From Botryllus schlosseri (lineage: Eukaryota), in the NCBI GenBank assembly GCA_051294905.1, contig CM119382.1, positions 16,678,001 through 16,742,000 on the forward strand: DNA of 64,000 bases, written 5' to 3'. Shown in pieces: positions 12,348 through 25,800 of this stretch (positions are counted from its first letter, which is position 1; the number at the start of each line of letters is the position of its first letter). A model generated the notes under the pieces. That model made no database searches. It was not told the origin of the DNA and saw nothing but the letters and a program-made list of their open reading frames with translations. Made by a program: the position numbers and the translations under genes.

Positions 12348-12773
12348 CAGAGATGAGCATGGATTAGGATTAGGTTTTGAAAGATCAGGATTTGTGAAAT
12401 TTGTCGGATTTGGATTGGATTTGGATTAGACATTTTTTTCAGAACGGATTAGGATTTGGATTGGATTTACCTATTTTCTGGGAGGTTAAAATGTCGTGTG
12501 GCGAATGGCCACAAACTTTATTCAGATCAGTTATTAATGTACTTATGGTTACTAAGTTATCTTGAATCAAGTGAATCGTTGGCCGTGAAAGAAAATTTTC
12601 GAATCCCTTCATTGCATAAATTAGTATTTTTTCTGAATTTCCAGTTGGAATCGGATTAGGATTGGACATGGACTTGATTATGAACAAGTTATGGATTAGG
12701 ATTAGGATTTGGATTTGAAGGTTCGGATTTGGATTGGATTAGGACATAGAAATTTCAAATCCGCTCATCTCTG
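12348..12773. mobile_element. hAT-type MITE (GGATT-rich ends), 426 bp
   Basis: 11-bp TIR CAGAGATGAGC; perfect 8-bp TSD CTACTTAT. Confidence 0.9.
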
Positions 12774-13482
12774 CTACTTATCACACGTGGACCGGTGCGC
12801 GGACCATTGATTTTTAAACTGCGTTCGATCGAACCCCAGGGGTTCGGTGAGTTGGTCTGAGGGATTCTGCCGACGCCAAACTTTGAGATACACATACCGA
12901 GTGTTACAACATATCTGGGACATCAGTAATATACAATTATGTTAGATATGAAAACAAAGTAAAGCAGAAGACTTTGTAGCAAAATTCGGTAGGTAAATAT
13001 GAAACATATGATCAATTAACCATGTGGCACAACCCACAATAACATGCGGCGCTTGAGAAGCAGGTGGGTTGAATATAGGGGTTGAACCGGGGTTAGGATT
13101 TCAGGATTGCGCTAAGGGTTAATTTTGCGGGTTAGGTATTAGTTTTGGAGTTATACACATACATGTTCAGGAATCACATGCGAAAGTGTCGCATTCTCAT
13201 TGCTCAACCGTCGTTTTCGGGGTATTGTTTGCTCAAATGTCGGGAAACGGCAAACATTATCATATCTGGAAGAGGCATTTGAAATCGCATCATCTAGCGG
13301 TAACTGGTTAACTTCGTCCAGAGGCATTGTTATCGAGCAATGGAAACTCCGTCTCAATATCTAGTTCTGATCGTTCGGGGCAATGTCGACGAGATTTCAC
13401 TCTTTTTTAAGGCTGATTTTTTGGGGGTTCCAGTACCATGACTAACTTATAAACATCTCTCAGAATCAGTGAAACTGCTAGA

Positions 13483-14467
13483 TAGGGATGGTGTGAACGT
13501 GAGGTTCACGTTCGCGTTCTGTGTGTGAACCTCGGAAATTTAGAGGTTCGCGTTCACAACAGAACCTTGGTAGGTTCAGCACTGTGAACCTTTTGGTAAA
13601 TTGTAATTTTCACTCCATTATAAGAACTTTGGCTCAAATTAATTGCATTTCTATTGCGGGCCACTCCATGCATGGTGCTGGCAGCATAAAAAATCAACGC
13701 TTAACGAGCACGCACCATGCACTTCGACAACCTTAAAAGTTTTAGTTGCTTTGTAGCAAAAACTTTCTCGGAATAACCAGCTTTCCGTTTGTGAATATTT
13801 AGTGACTCTCTGCTTTGAGCTTGACCCGCAATCACACAATATCACGAGCGATATACGTAGTCAGCGAATGATGCTTATTCAACCAATCAATGACATTGAT
13901 ATCGTCTTCTGATGTAAAAAATCGAACGGGCGTACGGGGTCAATCTTGACTTCATATCTTTACTGTATCATTAAAACCAAATCCGTGCGATTAAGGTGCT
14001 TGCTACTGCTGCAAAACTTGTTGTTGCTTGTGGTATCGGTAGCGAGTATAGAAACCCGTTGTACACTTGCTCAATATCAATGTAGCAATACTCAGACTCC
14101 GAACACATTGTCCGGTCTGGCTAAGACCGTTAAGGCGTAAGCTTATATTCCTTGGTATGTCCTCGTCGAAATTGTTGGCAAAGCGACGGAATGTATTGAT
14201 TTTACGCAATTATTATATCCTATGATTACCGCGGTTGATACATTTAGCGACGTTTAAAACGCCGATATGTACTTCAGCATTGTGGCATTATGTGGACCGA
14301 GTCTTCGTTAGGTATCGTGTACAAATATAGGCTATCACTTCGTTGGAAGATAGGGTTGGAATTAGCAATATGACGTCACGAGGTTCACGTTCGTGTTCAC
14401 ACAGAACCTTTCAAAAAGGTTCGCGTTCACACGAACCTGAACCTTTCAGAGGTTCACACCATCCCTA
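13483..14467. mobile_element. hAT-type non-autonomous element (GTTCAC/GTGAAC ends), 985 bp
   Basis: 16-bp TIR TAGGGATGGTGTGAAC; perfect TSD CTGCTAGA. Confidence 0.9.
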
Positions 14468-14816
14468 CTGCTAGATAGCTTGAATTTAATATCGATATAT
14501 CATTCATTCCTGTTATGAGTATCCAGATATAACATAACCGAGAATGGGTATTTTCCAGACTGAATCCTCGGTGCCTGCCGAATTAAGAACACTGATATTT
14601 AGCAAAAGGAGCCTAAACACACGAGTATTACATGCCGGCGTCGCGTAAATGATAAGTACATCATCATCAGACCATAAACGCATTTATACGTTTACGCGTA
14701 ACCGTCAAGTATAGATCAGTGCTTCTCAACCGATGGGTCGTGACCCACTAGTGCAGGGGTCGGGAACCTTTTTCGTCCGAAGAGCCATATTGACCCTATT
14801 TTTCTACAATCTAGTG

Positions 14817-16218
14817 CAGCGGTTCTCAACCGGGGGTCCGCGGACCCCTAGGGGTCCGCGAAGCAATTTCAGGGGGTCCGCGAGACCTCTAAATTTTTAA
14901 AATGTTTGATAACCTAATTTTTATTTTATTTTTTAATTTGAGAAAGCATGAGACTGTTTCGCACCACAACTGCTAAAACCTCATGGCTCATATCATCATA
15001 ATAATCGTCTGACATGGACTATGGTAGTGTGGAAACTCATTTTCATTGCCAATTTTCGAGTAACCTGCTGATACAAACATATTGCTGTTTAGAGACGTTT
15101 TGATGGATTATATAAAAATCTATATATGTGAAGATAGTAACGTCTATCAGGGTGACTTCGTAATGTCTGCGAAACCTTCTCGATTTGAAGTTGTCAGTCT
15201 CATCAAATAAGTGAACAGTCGTTTGAAATAAAAAAATTCCTAAGTATTTCCATAATTTGTCCCAATGCAGGGAACAGCTTCTTGGAGGTACAGAACTTTA
15301 ATATACAATTGAATAACATAATCATATTGAAATGAACCCGAATATTTTCGGCTGACACTCGTCATAAATCGGACAATGATATACCTGCTTCTAAAGTTCG
15401 GCTATCAGATTTGGCGCATTCTTATTGCGGATACCCTATCGACAAAGCTGATTTTTGATGAAAAAGGACTAGGGAGTGTTAAGCATTACGCTCCAACCCT
15501 GAAATTAATATCACCAGTTATATTAGTATGCAGCCTTGTCTTGGTAATGTTCAATTGTTCATGTTCGAAAATGTTTGCTCGTAAATTTATATGTAAACCC
15601 GAACAGAACAAGTCGTTTCATGACAGTATTTTTCTGGTTAGAAAACTTGGATCCATTCTTTGGAGCATAAAATTTGTAAATTAGGATTTCACTTTGACGG
15701 TAGAAACTCTCTGCGGGCCGATCAAAATGCCATTGCGGGCCGAATCCGACTCGCGGTTCATGTGTTTCCCGTCCCTGCGCTATAGATGCTGGACGTAATA
15801 TGTTCATAAAATATGTGTTTCTTCATTTTGGTGCCATAAATGTTGCGATCACACCAAAAGTATCGTCGGAAGCGTTATACGTTAATATTGCATTAGCCTC
15901 CATCTATCTTTGCGGAAATGGTTTTCCGCACTCCTCGCTCATATCAAAACGAAGACGCAGATTTTCAAGACACGGCCACTTACTTCAAGAAATACAGCAG
16001 CAAAATTAGCTTTGAAATGATAAAAGTCTACCAATTTCTACATCTTCAAGAAAAATCATTATTTTGCTGTGTATCACAAGCCTACAGTTCATATTTGCAC
16101 AAGACAGATGAAGGTTGCACCATAATAGAGCTAAAATTGAACTAAAACTTGAGGGGGTCCGCGAGGGTCCGTGACGGTCAAAAGGGGTCCGCGAAGCCAA
16201 AAAGGTTGAGAACCACTG
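14817..16218. mobile_element. Composite hAT (Charlie-like) non-autonomous element, copy 1, 1402 bp
   Basis: Ends CAGCGGTTCTCAACC...GGTTGAGAACCACTG; perfect TSD ATCTAGTG; near-identical copies at 41390 and 53118; decayed hAT C-terminal-like coding on the minus strand. Confidence 0.92.
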
Positions 16219-19100
16219 ATCTAGTGTAACTCCCGAAGAGCCATACATGTCAATCAGCTGTGACGTCACAATTGAAAATTCGTAACGTCATGGTAGCACT
16301 AATTCGAAGTTCGTAATAATCATGCTGGTTGCCGAGTTGAGCAATTGAGCATGAGAAGCTTGCACAAGGATCTTTTGCAAGATGTACATCTTTTTAATTC
16401 TATTTCAATGAGAGATATGATATTTTTCGAAGTTTAAGACAATTATTAGCATTCAGATTTCCAACAGACGTGAACAACAGCAAAAGTGTGAATATACTAA
16501 TTACGCGCTTTTTACAGTTAATGCATCTTTTGGTGTTGCATGGTATTACTGATGGCGTTGTATTCTGATTGATGGTGAGGTTAATCTTCACACAAAATTT
16601 GAGACTTTCATCAGGACGAGATCATGAGTTCGTCTCGATGCTTTTTAAAGGCGATATCGAGTGCACAGACTGCTCACATCAGTCACATGCCTAGGTGGAG
16701 TCAAACATAGTCACTGCAGCAGTACATATACCCACTGCAAGGTGTGATACGTCAGTGCCTGTCGTCAGCACGCGTGAAGGAAAATTGTGCACCCTTTAAT
16801 GATTTGGTATTTTCTATCGATGTTCAAGAATTACTAGATTTTTCACATTTTTACTCCCAACAGCACGCAATTTCGTATTTATTGTCCGAAAATAACGCGC
16901 GAAAGGAGAGGTGGGGAACAGACGAACCAAACCACACGTGTGATAGCGCAATTCACCGTGAATAGTATTTACGGTGGTCAATTCTTTCATTATTTATTAT
17001 TGGTGTGCCCACCGTAAATACTATTTTATCCAAATCCAAATTTTTGGACGGCAATAACTCCGCTTCCACTTGCTGGAATTGAGCCAACTTTGGTGAGCAT
17101 CTTTTCGATATCCAACCTAACATTTTCATGGGGTGAACAGAAAATTTTGGAATTTCTTTCTATTTATTTTTATATTATAAATAGAAACTTTCTTCTCCTG
17201 TAGCAATGAGGCTACTGACTGCAATTGAACGAAAATTTGTGTGTAGGCTTAAATTAGGTAACCTAACAATTTTATCAAGTAGACAGTACAATTTGAGAGA
17301 AAAAAAGTCATTTTTGAACACCCCTACAACACAAACGTTTCAGGCTACAATATAGTGACCTTGGTGTATTTCATAGTATCACGGAAACTATAATTCTGAA
17401 CTAATGTAGCCCAAGCCTATTTTATCGTTTAAATCTCGCTCGCTGGGCCGAGCATTATGACTATAATCGCGATACTGGTACTGCCGAAACCATATAGTTC
17501 GATAACTCCTTGGTAAACAATTGGCTATTATACTCAAATGATTTGGTATTCTCGACATCAAGGTCGTTTACAGCACTGCTAGAGCTAGTTCATTATCAGT
17601 CCCGTTACGGTCATACTACAAATTTTAACGACCCCTTCACCTCAGAATCAAACGCGGATAGGTCTCTCCTATAATCCACACGAGTCCTCGTTCAACTGTC
17701 ATACCAGTTCAGTTCGGTTAATTAACAATTTATCAGGTCAATACATCACAAGATTGCGATACAACGGGAAGATGGCCAGGTGTCGAAACGACTTGGAGTA
17801 GTCTTTGAAATCAGACACTCACCTGGGCCCAGGCATCATTAAAACGAATTAGGCTACAATAACATATAGCTCTATCTAGTATGCTGGATCACAACTGCGG
17901 AACAGCATCTCGACGGCTATCCAGCAGTCGTGCAACATGCCCTGTCTCCCACATGCAGGTCGAAATACTAGTAGTGTATATTAAATCAATACTAGTCAGT
18001 CAGTCCTCGAGGTCACTGGACCACAATCTGGCACATCGGCCTCGTTGACCGACACAGGCCACATTAATTTTCCCTAGCTAGTCCTTTTGTGCAGGACCGA
18101 AACAGCACTTCGTCAGCCTATCAAAAAACTTTGGTCTTGGATGTGATTAACCAAATTTCTGCCCTGGACACCCTTTTGCGACAGGCCTTTTGTAAACTAC
18201 TTTAATGCGACAACATTGTCATGGGCATTGGGTGTAGTTTTCGTCTGATCGTGTCGAACGCCAAAAAAAATGTCAATCACTTATTGCTTTTCAATTGTAT
18301 ATTGAAGTCCTGTACCCCCCCAAAAGGTCTTCAATAATATTGGTAACTGCATATTCCTTTTAATACTCTCTCCACCCACGTTATCAGATGATGTAGAGCT
18401 GTCATTAATTACTTTGTTGCAAGTTGTTATTCTGTGACCTCCCGCCTGCTAGATCCAAAAAGTTAATGGAATAGCCGAAATGTACCAGATGTAACTGAAG
18501 AAAAACTTCTTTCGTGAGACACACGCGATTTCAAATTGGATATTTTTCACAAGGCATATCGGGTGCGGCGCATTTGTACCATCGGGCTCAAATTATAAGG
18601 ACAGGGTTATGGCGCCGAAAATTCATATGTCTTGATGATCCCTGTCGCAGACGGGCGCCGAAGCGTACATTTTAGAAATATTGCAAATTTCGTCTTTTTC
18701 GGGTAAACATTATAAAATCAAGACACCTAGCGACATTAAATTGTGAAAGAGAATTTTCAAGTCTAATAAATCTACCTAAAAAACGTCATAACTTATGTTG
18801 AAACCGCGCAATGATATATATCATTGGTTGAAACGAAATAATTATTGGACCCTTCGAGCTCGGGCCCGGGGTTACGAGTGCGGCTGTTACGGCCCTGCTT
18901 TTGATTTATCCTTTATTTCTTTTCATCCAATGTTAATGCCTCTTATTTACATGGCGTAGGGTCTAGGTCAGGGTTTTCAACTATATTGGGGCCATAGCCC
19001 ACTGCTGGGCCATAGGAGCATTTTGAGGGGGCCGCATCTAGCTATTTGGAAAAATTGTAGAATTATATAGTTATATTTCTTATGTTATTCACTCAAAAAC

Positions 19101-21670
19101 AGAGAGAGAGAGAGAGAGAGAATCTTTATTGTCATCCAACCAAAATACATACCAAACAGACGGCATTGATGGTGGCACAGAAAATATGCATACATACATT
19201 CGCTATCAGATAGAAATGATCGATACGACCGTGAAGGTCAACTAATCTGATCACACCCGCATCAAACAGGCACATTTGTCTCTATATACCAGGGCTCTTC
19301 AACCGGGTGTATTGTACACCCCAGGGGGTACCAAAGTTGTAAAAGGGAGTAGGGGAGATGTGGTACCGATGGATCACTGGGACCGAAAATACTTTGAAAA
19401 TTCTCTATGATAATTCCATGATTACACTCCGTGAACGTGTCTACAATTGCATGCGGGCAAAATCTTTCCTCACATACAAAAAAATTCGACGTGCGTCAGC
19501 TATGGGGTCTCTCACATATGTTTTTGGTTTTGGGGGGTGTAAACTAAATTTAGATCGACATATATATTTTTCTTTGTAGCCTTCAACACGAACAAACCAG
19601 CAATTATTTTTATTGTGAAGTGTAGGGCTTGTATCACGCTATATAATGGCACCTATTATTTTTTCAATACTTTCCTTGAGTGGAATTTTTTTCGATTCAT
19701 TTATAATATTCGTAGGGTGGGGACCGATGATACAATAGCCAAATCAAGCAAAATAATCAAGCATACTAATCATGAAACAAATGAAACATGCTTACGTACA
19801 GAAAATCTTTATGTAATAATTGCATATGATGTTTTATCGCTATAGCGAGGTATTTGGAAGTCACACTGTCGATTTTCGGGCAATATGTATGTACCCGCAA
19901 ATTTATAAGTCCGAGCCTAAATCGAAACGTGATTTTGTGGCAACATTCGAGTTAATATATATTTTATTTTTTGACAGTTGCGATCAAGCATTCTTCGTTG
20001 ACTTGCTGTAGCTTGGATTATAATACTGAGCAAGAAAAGTTGTCTCATCTGAGCTTTTAGTGTATATGTGTCATAGGTCCCCGGGTCGTGTGCCATTGGA
20101 CCCACCGGGTGAGGACCGATGACACGTTCGAGCAACAAATTTGAGACGTCCATAAATATTTTTTGAAAAGACGGATATTCATGTATATGTGCGCGATAGG
20201 TAGAGCTTGTATCAAAGTGCTGAGCCAGCAAAAGATCTGCTGTTTTTGGCTGAATATTTTGGGACCAGCGATCATTTTCCAATTTTTGATCCATCTGTGC
20301 CACATCTCCCCTACCACTCAAATGGGTACAACCATGCTGTCTGAGCAGCTCAGGAGCAAGTGCGCACGAGAGTGAGAGTGTGAATGCTCAATCTGTTGCA
20401 CAGCAATGGCCAATACACTTGCGGTTTGCGCTGCTTCTCACCTGCTCCCAGACGGCATGTTTGTGTCAATACCAAACTCCGTTACAATGCAACATTCGAG
20501 GCTGATTTTTTTTTTTTTGGGGGGGGGGGGTTCAGGACCACGACCAGAATAAAAATTTTATTTTCGCAATCAGTACCACGGTAGCTTTCGATTTATACCC
20601 ATTTTATCAAATGTAATGCTTGGCAAGCCGGTCAAAAATTACCGTAAAATTGCCTTTGACCAGATGGAAAGTGTAACGTAGACCAATTTCACTGAGCCGT
20701 CTTGTGTCCACACCATATAGAACACTATGGTCGCATGCACCCGTTAAACAGTAATTATGCGCCGTCGTCATTAGTCGCGCCGTCAAAATGCAATTTGAAT
20801 TAACGAATTGGTTCCCAAATCTTTGAGAGATTTTAATTCAACTGGAAAATTATATTCACGCTTGGCGCGATTCAGAGTTACTTGGAATTTTGGTTTCTAA
20901 TATAACAGTGGAATCTGAGCCCCACCATAGAAATCCGAACCGCAACAACATGCAACAAAGTGATTAATCCGGATGATGCATCATCAGTGATGTTGTGCCC
21001 GATATTTTCGAAGAGCTCCTCGGATCAGCTCTATCGGTTAATCTGATCACGTGGAATAAGAATGCATAAATATTTGACAGTAATATATGAAACAACTAAT
21101 ATTTTCGACGAAATTAGTTGTCAAGGTGAAAACATTTTACGCGCAATACGCGAATAGAAAAAAGGGGTGCACATGACTTTTACTGGCCTTTATACTCGTG
21201 ATTTTGGTGCATAGATAGCAAACCCGCGGGTGTGTTCTGATGTTACAGTTAAAAAGTTTTATACGCAAGGTATATCTTCAGACATCAGGAATAGCTAGCA
21301 GAGAGCACCACAAGGGCTCTCCGCGGTGCGAAGTTTCGAGTGGCCGTTATTTACATGAGTATGACGTCCAGATTGGCCATGACGACTCTCCACCGGGACC
21401 AGAATGCGGCGGTATACTTTTTTCTGTGATCAAAATACGACTGTGAATAGCGAAAAGGTTGAACACCCCTGGATTAGGCTTACTGTACGGAATCAGTGTG
21501 TTATGTGGTCAGGGGTATACGAGTTTCGAGTAAACGTTAAAAGGGTGTACCACGACGAAAAAGGTTGAAGAGCACATGCTCTATAGTCTGGCTGTAAAAA
21601 ATGTTAGTTAAAAAAAGGGGAAAGAAAAATTAAACGCTGGTAGCATATGATCAAATGATCAATGAAGAAA
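19101..21670 (-). mobile_element. LINE 3' remnant (copy B: 19101-19289 plus 21579-21670) interrupted by a 2.3-kb hAT-type insertion (19290-21578)
   Basis: (AG)n tail plus TTTATT (minus-strand AATAAA followed by (CT)n). Both halves align to the LINE remnant at 52935-53117 and 54615-54700. Insert ends CAGGGCTCTTCAACC / GGTTGAAGAGCACATG. Confidence 0.7.
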
Positions 21671-21874
21671 TATCTGGGCGAGGTAGGACAACAGTGTTAA
21701 TATAACGAAAAGCGCTGATTAGGTAGGTATTTTTTGAATATATTATAAGACAATTCACGGATATGATGTGGTAATGCATTACAGATGATAAGTCATGAGC
21801 AGTCGATAGATCTTTTAGTTATGTTGCTATTGCGAGGGGGTAAGTAGATATTTCCCTTTGACGAGAATATTGTA

Positions 21875-22290
21875 TTTTATTTTGTTAGTGGTCCTGGAAC
21901 CCCCCAAATTCAGCCTCAAATTTTGCATTGTAACGACGCAGTTTGGTATTGTGAAGCAACCCCAAACTCAGCCTCGAATTTTGCATTGTAACGACGCAGT
22001 TTGGTATTGTGACGCAACCATGCCGTCTGGAATAATACGGCACAGCTCAGGAGCAAATGCAAACTAGGGTGAGAGTGTGAATACTCAATCGTTTGCTCAG
22101 CAATGGTCAATACGCTCGCGGCTTGCGCTGCTCCCCGTCCCCTCCCAGACGGCATTGTTGCGTCACAATACCAAACTCCGTTACAATGCAACATTCGAGG
22201 CTGGTTTTTTTAGGTGTGTGGGAGGGGGTCCAGCTCCAGCAGAATAAAATTTATATTTTCCCAATCAGTACACTGGTAGCTTTCGATTGA
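21875..22290. repeat. Foldback element: inverted arms around a unique core of about 115 bp
   Basis: Left arm ending ...ATGCCGTCTGG (22030) is the reverse complement of the right arm starting CCAGACGGCAT (22145); the left arm holds a ~55-bp tandem duplication. Confidence 0.7.
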
Positions 22291-22544
22291 TACCAATTTT
22301 ACCAATTTTCGCGATAGGCAAGACCATAGCCTTACCCTTGGGCTAGGCCAAAGTGACAGCTCCTATTTTTGTTATATCATAGCATTTATGGGTATATCGC
22401 AATTTTTTTGTGATATTATTTGATGAGAAATTTAGGTAAAATCATAGTCGGTTAAAGCGCAGTGGTATGGTAAAATGACTTGACTCTGTTTGCCCGTTTC
22501 CAGTCATGCATGACATCCCCTAGTGGTAAATGATCTTCATGATT

Positions 22545-22557
22545 GTTGCTAGGAGAT
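22545..22557. promoter_or_regulatory. RFX X-box-like motif upstream of the SPA17-like start
   Basis: GTTGCTAGGAGAT (reverse complement contains CCTAGCAAC) about 150 nt before the ATG at 22701. Confidence 0.45.
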
Positions 22558-22700
22558 GTGGTTATCGTTAAACGGGTTTTCCCTCATGTGCTCGACAGTT
22601 TGCGACTACTCTATGTAGAACGTGAATACTAGAATACGTATCGAAACATCAGAACTGAGATCTCTTTACACGTCCACATTGTCGATTTCCTTATTAAAGT

Positions 22701-22854
22701 ATGGACACGCGATACGGTCCTGTGAAATTGAAAGTTCCAGCGGGCTTTCCTGTTCTTCTTCAAAGATTCGCACGTGAGGTGATACGTGAACAGCCTGAGG
22801 ATATCGCGGAATTTGGAGCTACATTTTTTCAAACACTTGTCATTGAAAGAAAAG
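22701..22854 (+). CDS. SPA17-like: SPA17-like exon 1 (RIIa domain)
   Basis: ATG at 22701; donor GTATGG at 22855, phase 1. Confidence 0.9.
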
Positions 22855-25800
22855 GTATGGCCACCAAAAATGTAGATACGTTAATTTACTTATTTACATG
22901 AAACTCAAATTAGTTGCCGTGCAATCGATCGTTCAATTTGTTATCGTATTAAACTATGGATCGCAATTTGCCAGGAGAAATATGGAAATACGATTCGTAG
23001 AATCTATAAGTAGAATGCGTGCTGTTGCCTGATAACCTGCTAGATTCGTAGCCTGAGTTCAAAGTAAGTTGTAGCTAGGTATGTGTATGTATAGCCTACT
23101 TTAGTTGCAGACGTTGCAGTAGCAGATGCACGTTTCTGCCTTTGCGTTGGTCCTGGATGTGACAGCTCAACGACTACGACCTACGAGGAATGCAACGACA
23201 GTATTGCCTCAGATAGATATAACCTATTGGTGGAATGGATGGAATATACAGTAGGATTTGCATTGTGCCTTCTGTATCGCAATGTACATTGTGTGTGTCG
23301 TCATCGGATGAAAATATAATCTCACGATTATATTGATATTGATACACAATACGGTAATTCAATACCGGTAATACGGTAATTAAAATGTTGCTAAGAATAT
23401 ACAAGATGGTACTGTTATGGCATATGCCCACATTCTAATTAATGCTCTTGGATATTTGCGTGATTCGATGCTGGGTTCCCCTTCCCCATTCCTGCCAGAC
23501 ATTGCTCCATATTAGGGCGGGGCATGGACCGGAGCCGGTAAGGATATCTGGCCGGATTTTCTCATTTTTGACTGGAGCTGGTTCGGAGCCGGATCTGTAC
23601 TTTTTCTGATATGGCCGGATCGGAGCCGGACCAGTAATTTTTACTACGAATAGGACAGTCTTACCCTCTTCCACCCTCAAATCAATAGATAAAGTGAAAC
23701 GTTCATGGAAATAAACCACATACCAAGTTCAAGTTGGTATAATAAATTCAGCTAAGGGTTGGGCTTGATATTTGAGTTTTTAATTTTCTGTTTGCATTGT
23801 TCCTATCAATATTCAATACCATCCTGTGAGTAGATGATTACTTTTGGAGTTTTTCGGACCGGATAACGGTCATTTCATAGAATCCGGCCTAGGAGTCGGA
23901 CCGGAGTAGGACCAGAGAATTTATCGATCTGCTCCGCACTACTCCATATAAGCCTACTGTCTCAATCTAATCAATTGCGATTACCAATGCACCGAAATCT
24001 TATAGCCTGCTAAGACTGTCACTTTAACACTTGCATGTTTCATATGAGACTCCGTCATGAGAAAAGAATTTTTTGAAAAGTGTGAAGTCATACTTTTCAA
24101 AAAATTATTTAAAGAGCTTCTTGGAGGTACAGAACTTCACTACCGGTATACAATTGAATAGTATATGAATATACTACTCAAAAAATTATTTATATAATTG
24201 ACTTGGCAACTTTATCGGGGATGATTTGTCGCCCTTACCAGTTTTTCTTTTTAGCTAAGCCTACTATAAATGCTACCATGCTATGAGCAGGAGGCTGAGG
24301 GCCTATTCAAACTTTTACGGTAAAGAATGGTGAAATGACGACGATTCCGTGTTGGTATTTGAGTAGAAGTAAGGTATAGGCCTATATTGAAATCATTATC
24401 ATTACCAAAGAAATTTGATAATGATAATGATCTTGGACATACTGTGACAAAGTTAAAAAAAATTAGTATAGCAGCAGCGTGTTGACAAATCCAATTTATG
24501 ATCTATTGTAGATTATGATTTGATGTCAAGGTTGATTTTAACATCATTTACATGTTTCAAAATAAAGTAAATCAGTCTCTTGTCTCTGATGACCAAGCAC
24601 ACACTTTCAGATATGGTTCAATTGGTCGGCATTGATACTCGAGCAGAAATAAGGTTGTAGGCCTGCATTGGCTAATTCTCATTACCAAAGAAATTCGATG
24701 TATATGGTAATGAACGTTTAGCTATAGCCCATAATCTATTAATGATCGCAAAGTCATGATTAGGGCTGGGCACAATGATTCGAGTACTGAAATTAGATGC
24801 TTCTCACCACTGAAAGTAAATTTATGAACGAGCATTATAGTTTTGATACTAATTTCCACAGTTGAATCCTTGAAACCTTGATTGGAGGTATCGTAGCAAA
24901 CGAAACATATATTACAAAGCTACAAAGGTTACTGTCATGATTATCCCAATATCCCACACACAACATTGTCACCAAGTGGAATGAGATCGGTATGGTCGAA
25001 CAAATACCAAATTACCCTTTATGAGCTGGATAACAGGCGTTATATTCTTTGTTGTGGCATAAACGGTACACATTTGATCTTTCACTTATTACATTCTGTT
25101 ATGACATCATAATGAGTGATACTCGATTACTCGACTCGAAGCATATTACGTGATTCAGAATCGAATCACTCAGGTAGGACTATTCGATTTTGCCCAGCCC
25201 TAGTCATGATAAGAATAAACTAACTTGGTCTTTGATGCCTTCCAGTTACTGGCGATGATCCACTGGCAGGCGATCCATACGACAAGCCAGGCTTCCATAC
25301 ACCGCCAGTGAAGGCTCTTCGACCAATCAGCTCAAAAACAAGACAAGAGGAAATTAAGCGCGGTCAAGCTGCCACCAAGATCCAGGCTGGGTACAGAGGC
25401 TATAGGACCCGCAAAACGTCGACTCAAAATCGGTGAGTAGTCAAATTGAGTGTATTGGTGGGATGGTTTAAATCACTGTTACTACTTTATGTGAAAGCTC
25501 ACCAGTATAACTGTCTGAAATCGCCTTCAAACCAGAGATGCTCACTGTTTGGCTGAGTGCTATCTGCTTTTCGAATGTTGGAATACATTGCCATGATTTA
25601 TCACCCTGCTACGTAAAGTAATAAATAGGCCAACACTCCCTCTTCACCCTAATTAGACATTTTGCCACTTTACAGCGTGTTTGCTGTTTGGATGTATCGT
25701 GTACACTGGCCTTAATCTAGTTGATGTAGTTTCAATTTCATCCTTGATTATAACCTATTATTAGTGTTGCCGCACTCTGATGAAACGCTATCGCGATCAG

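Noticed and set aside
19917-20321. Decayed hAT transposase inside the 2.3-kb insertion (LTRWVQWH resembling TRWVERH)
   Set aside because: A single short motif in an otherwise unrecognisable frame; possible but unsupported.
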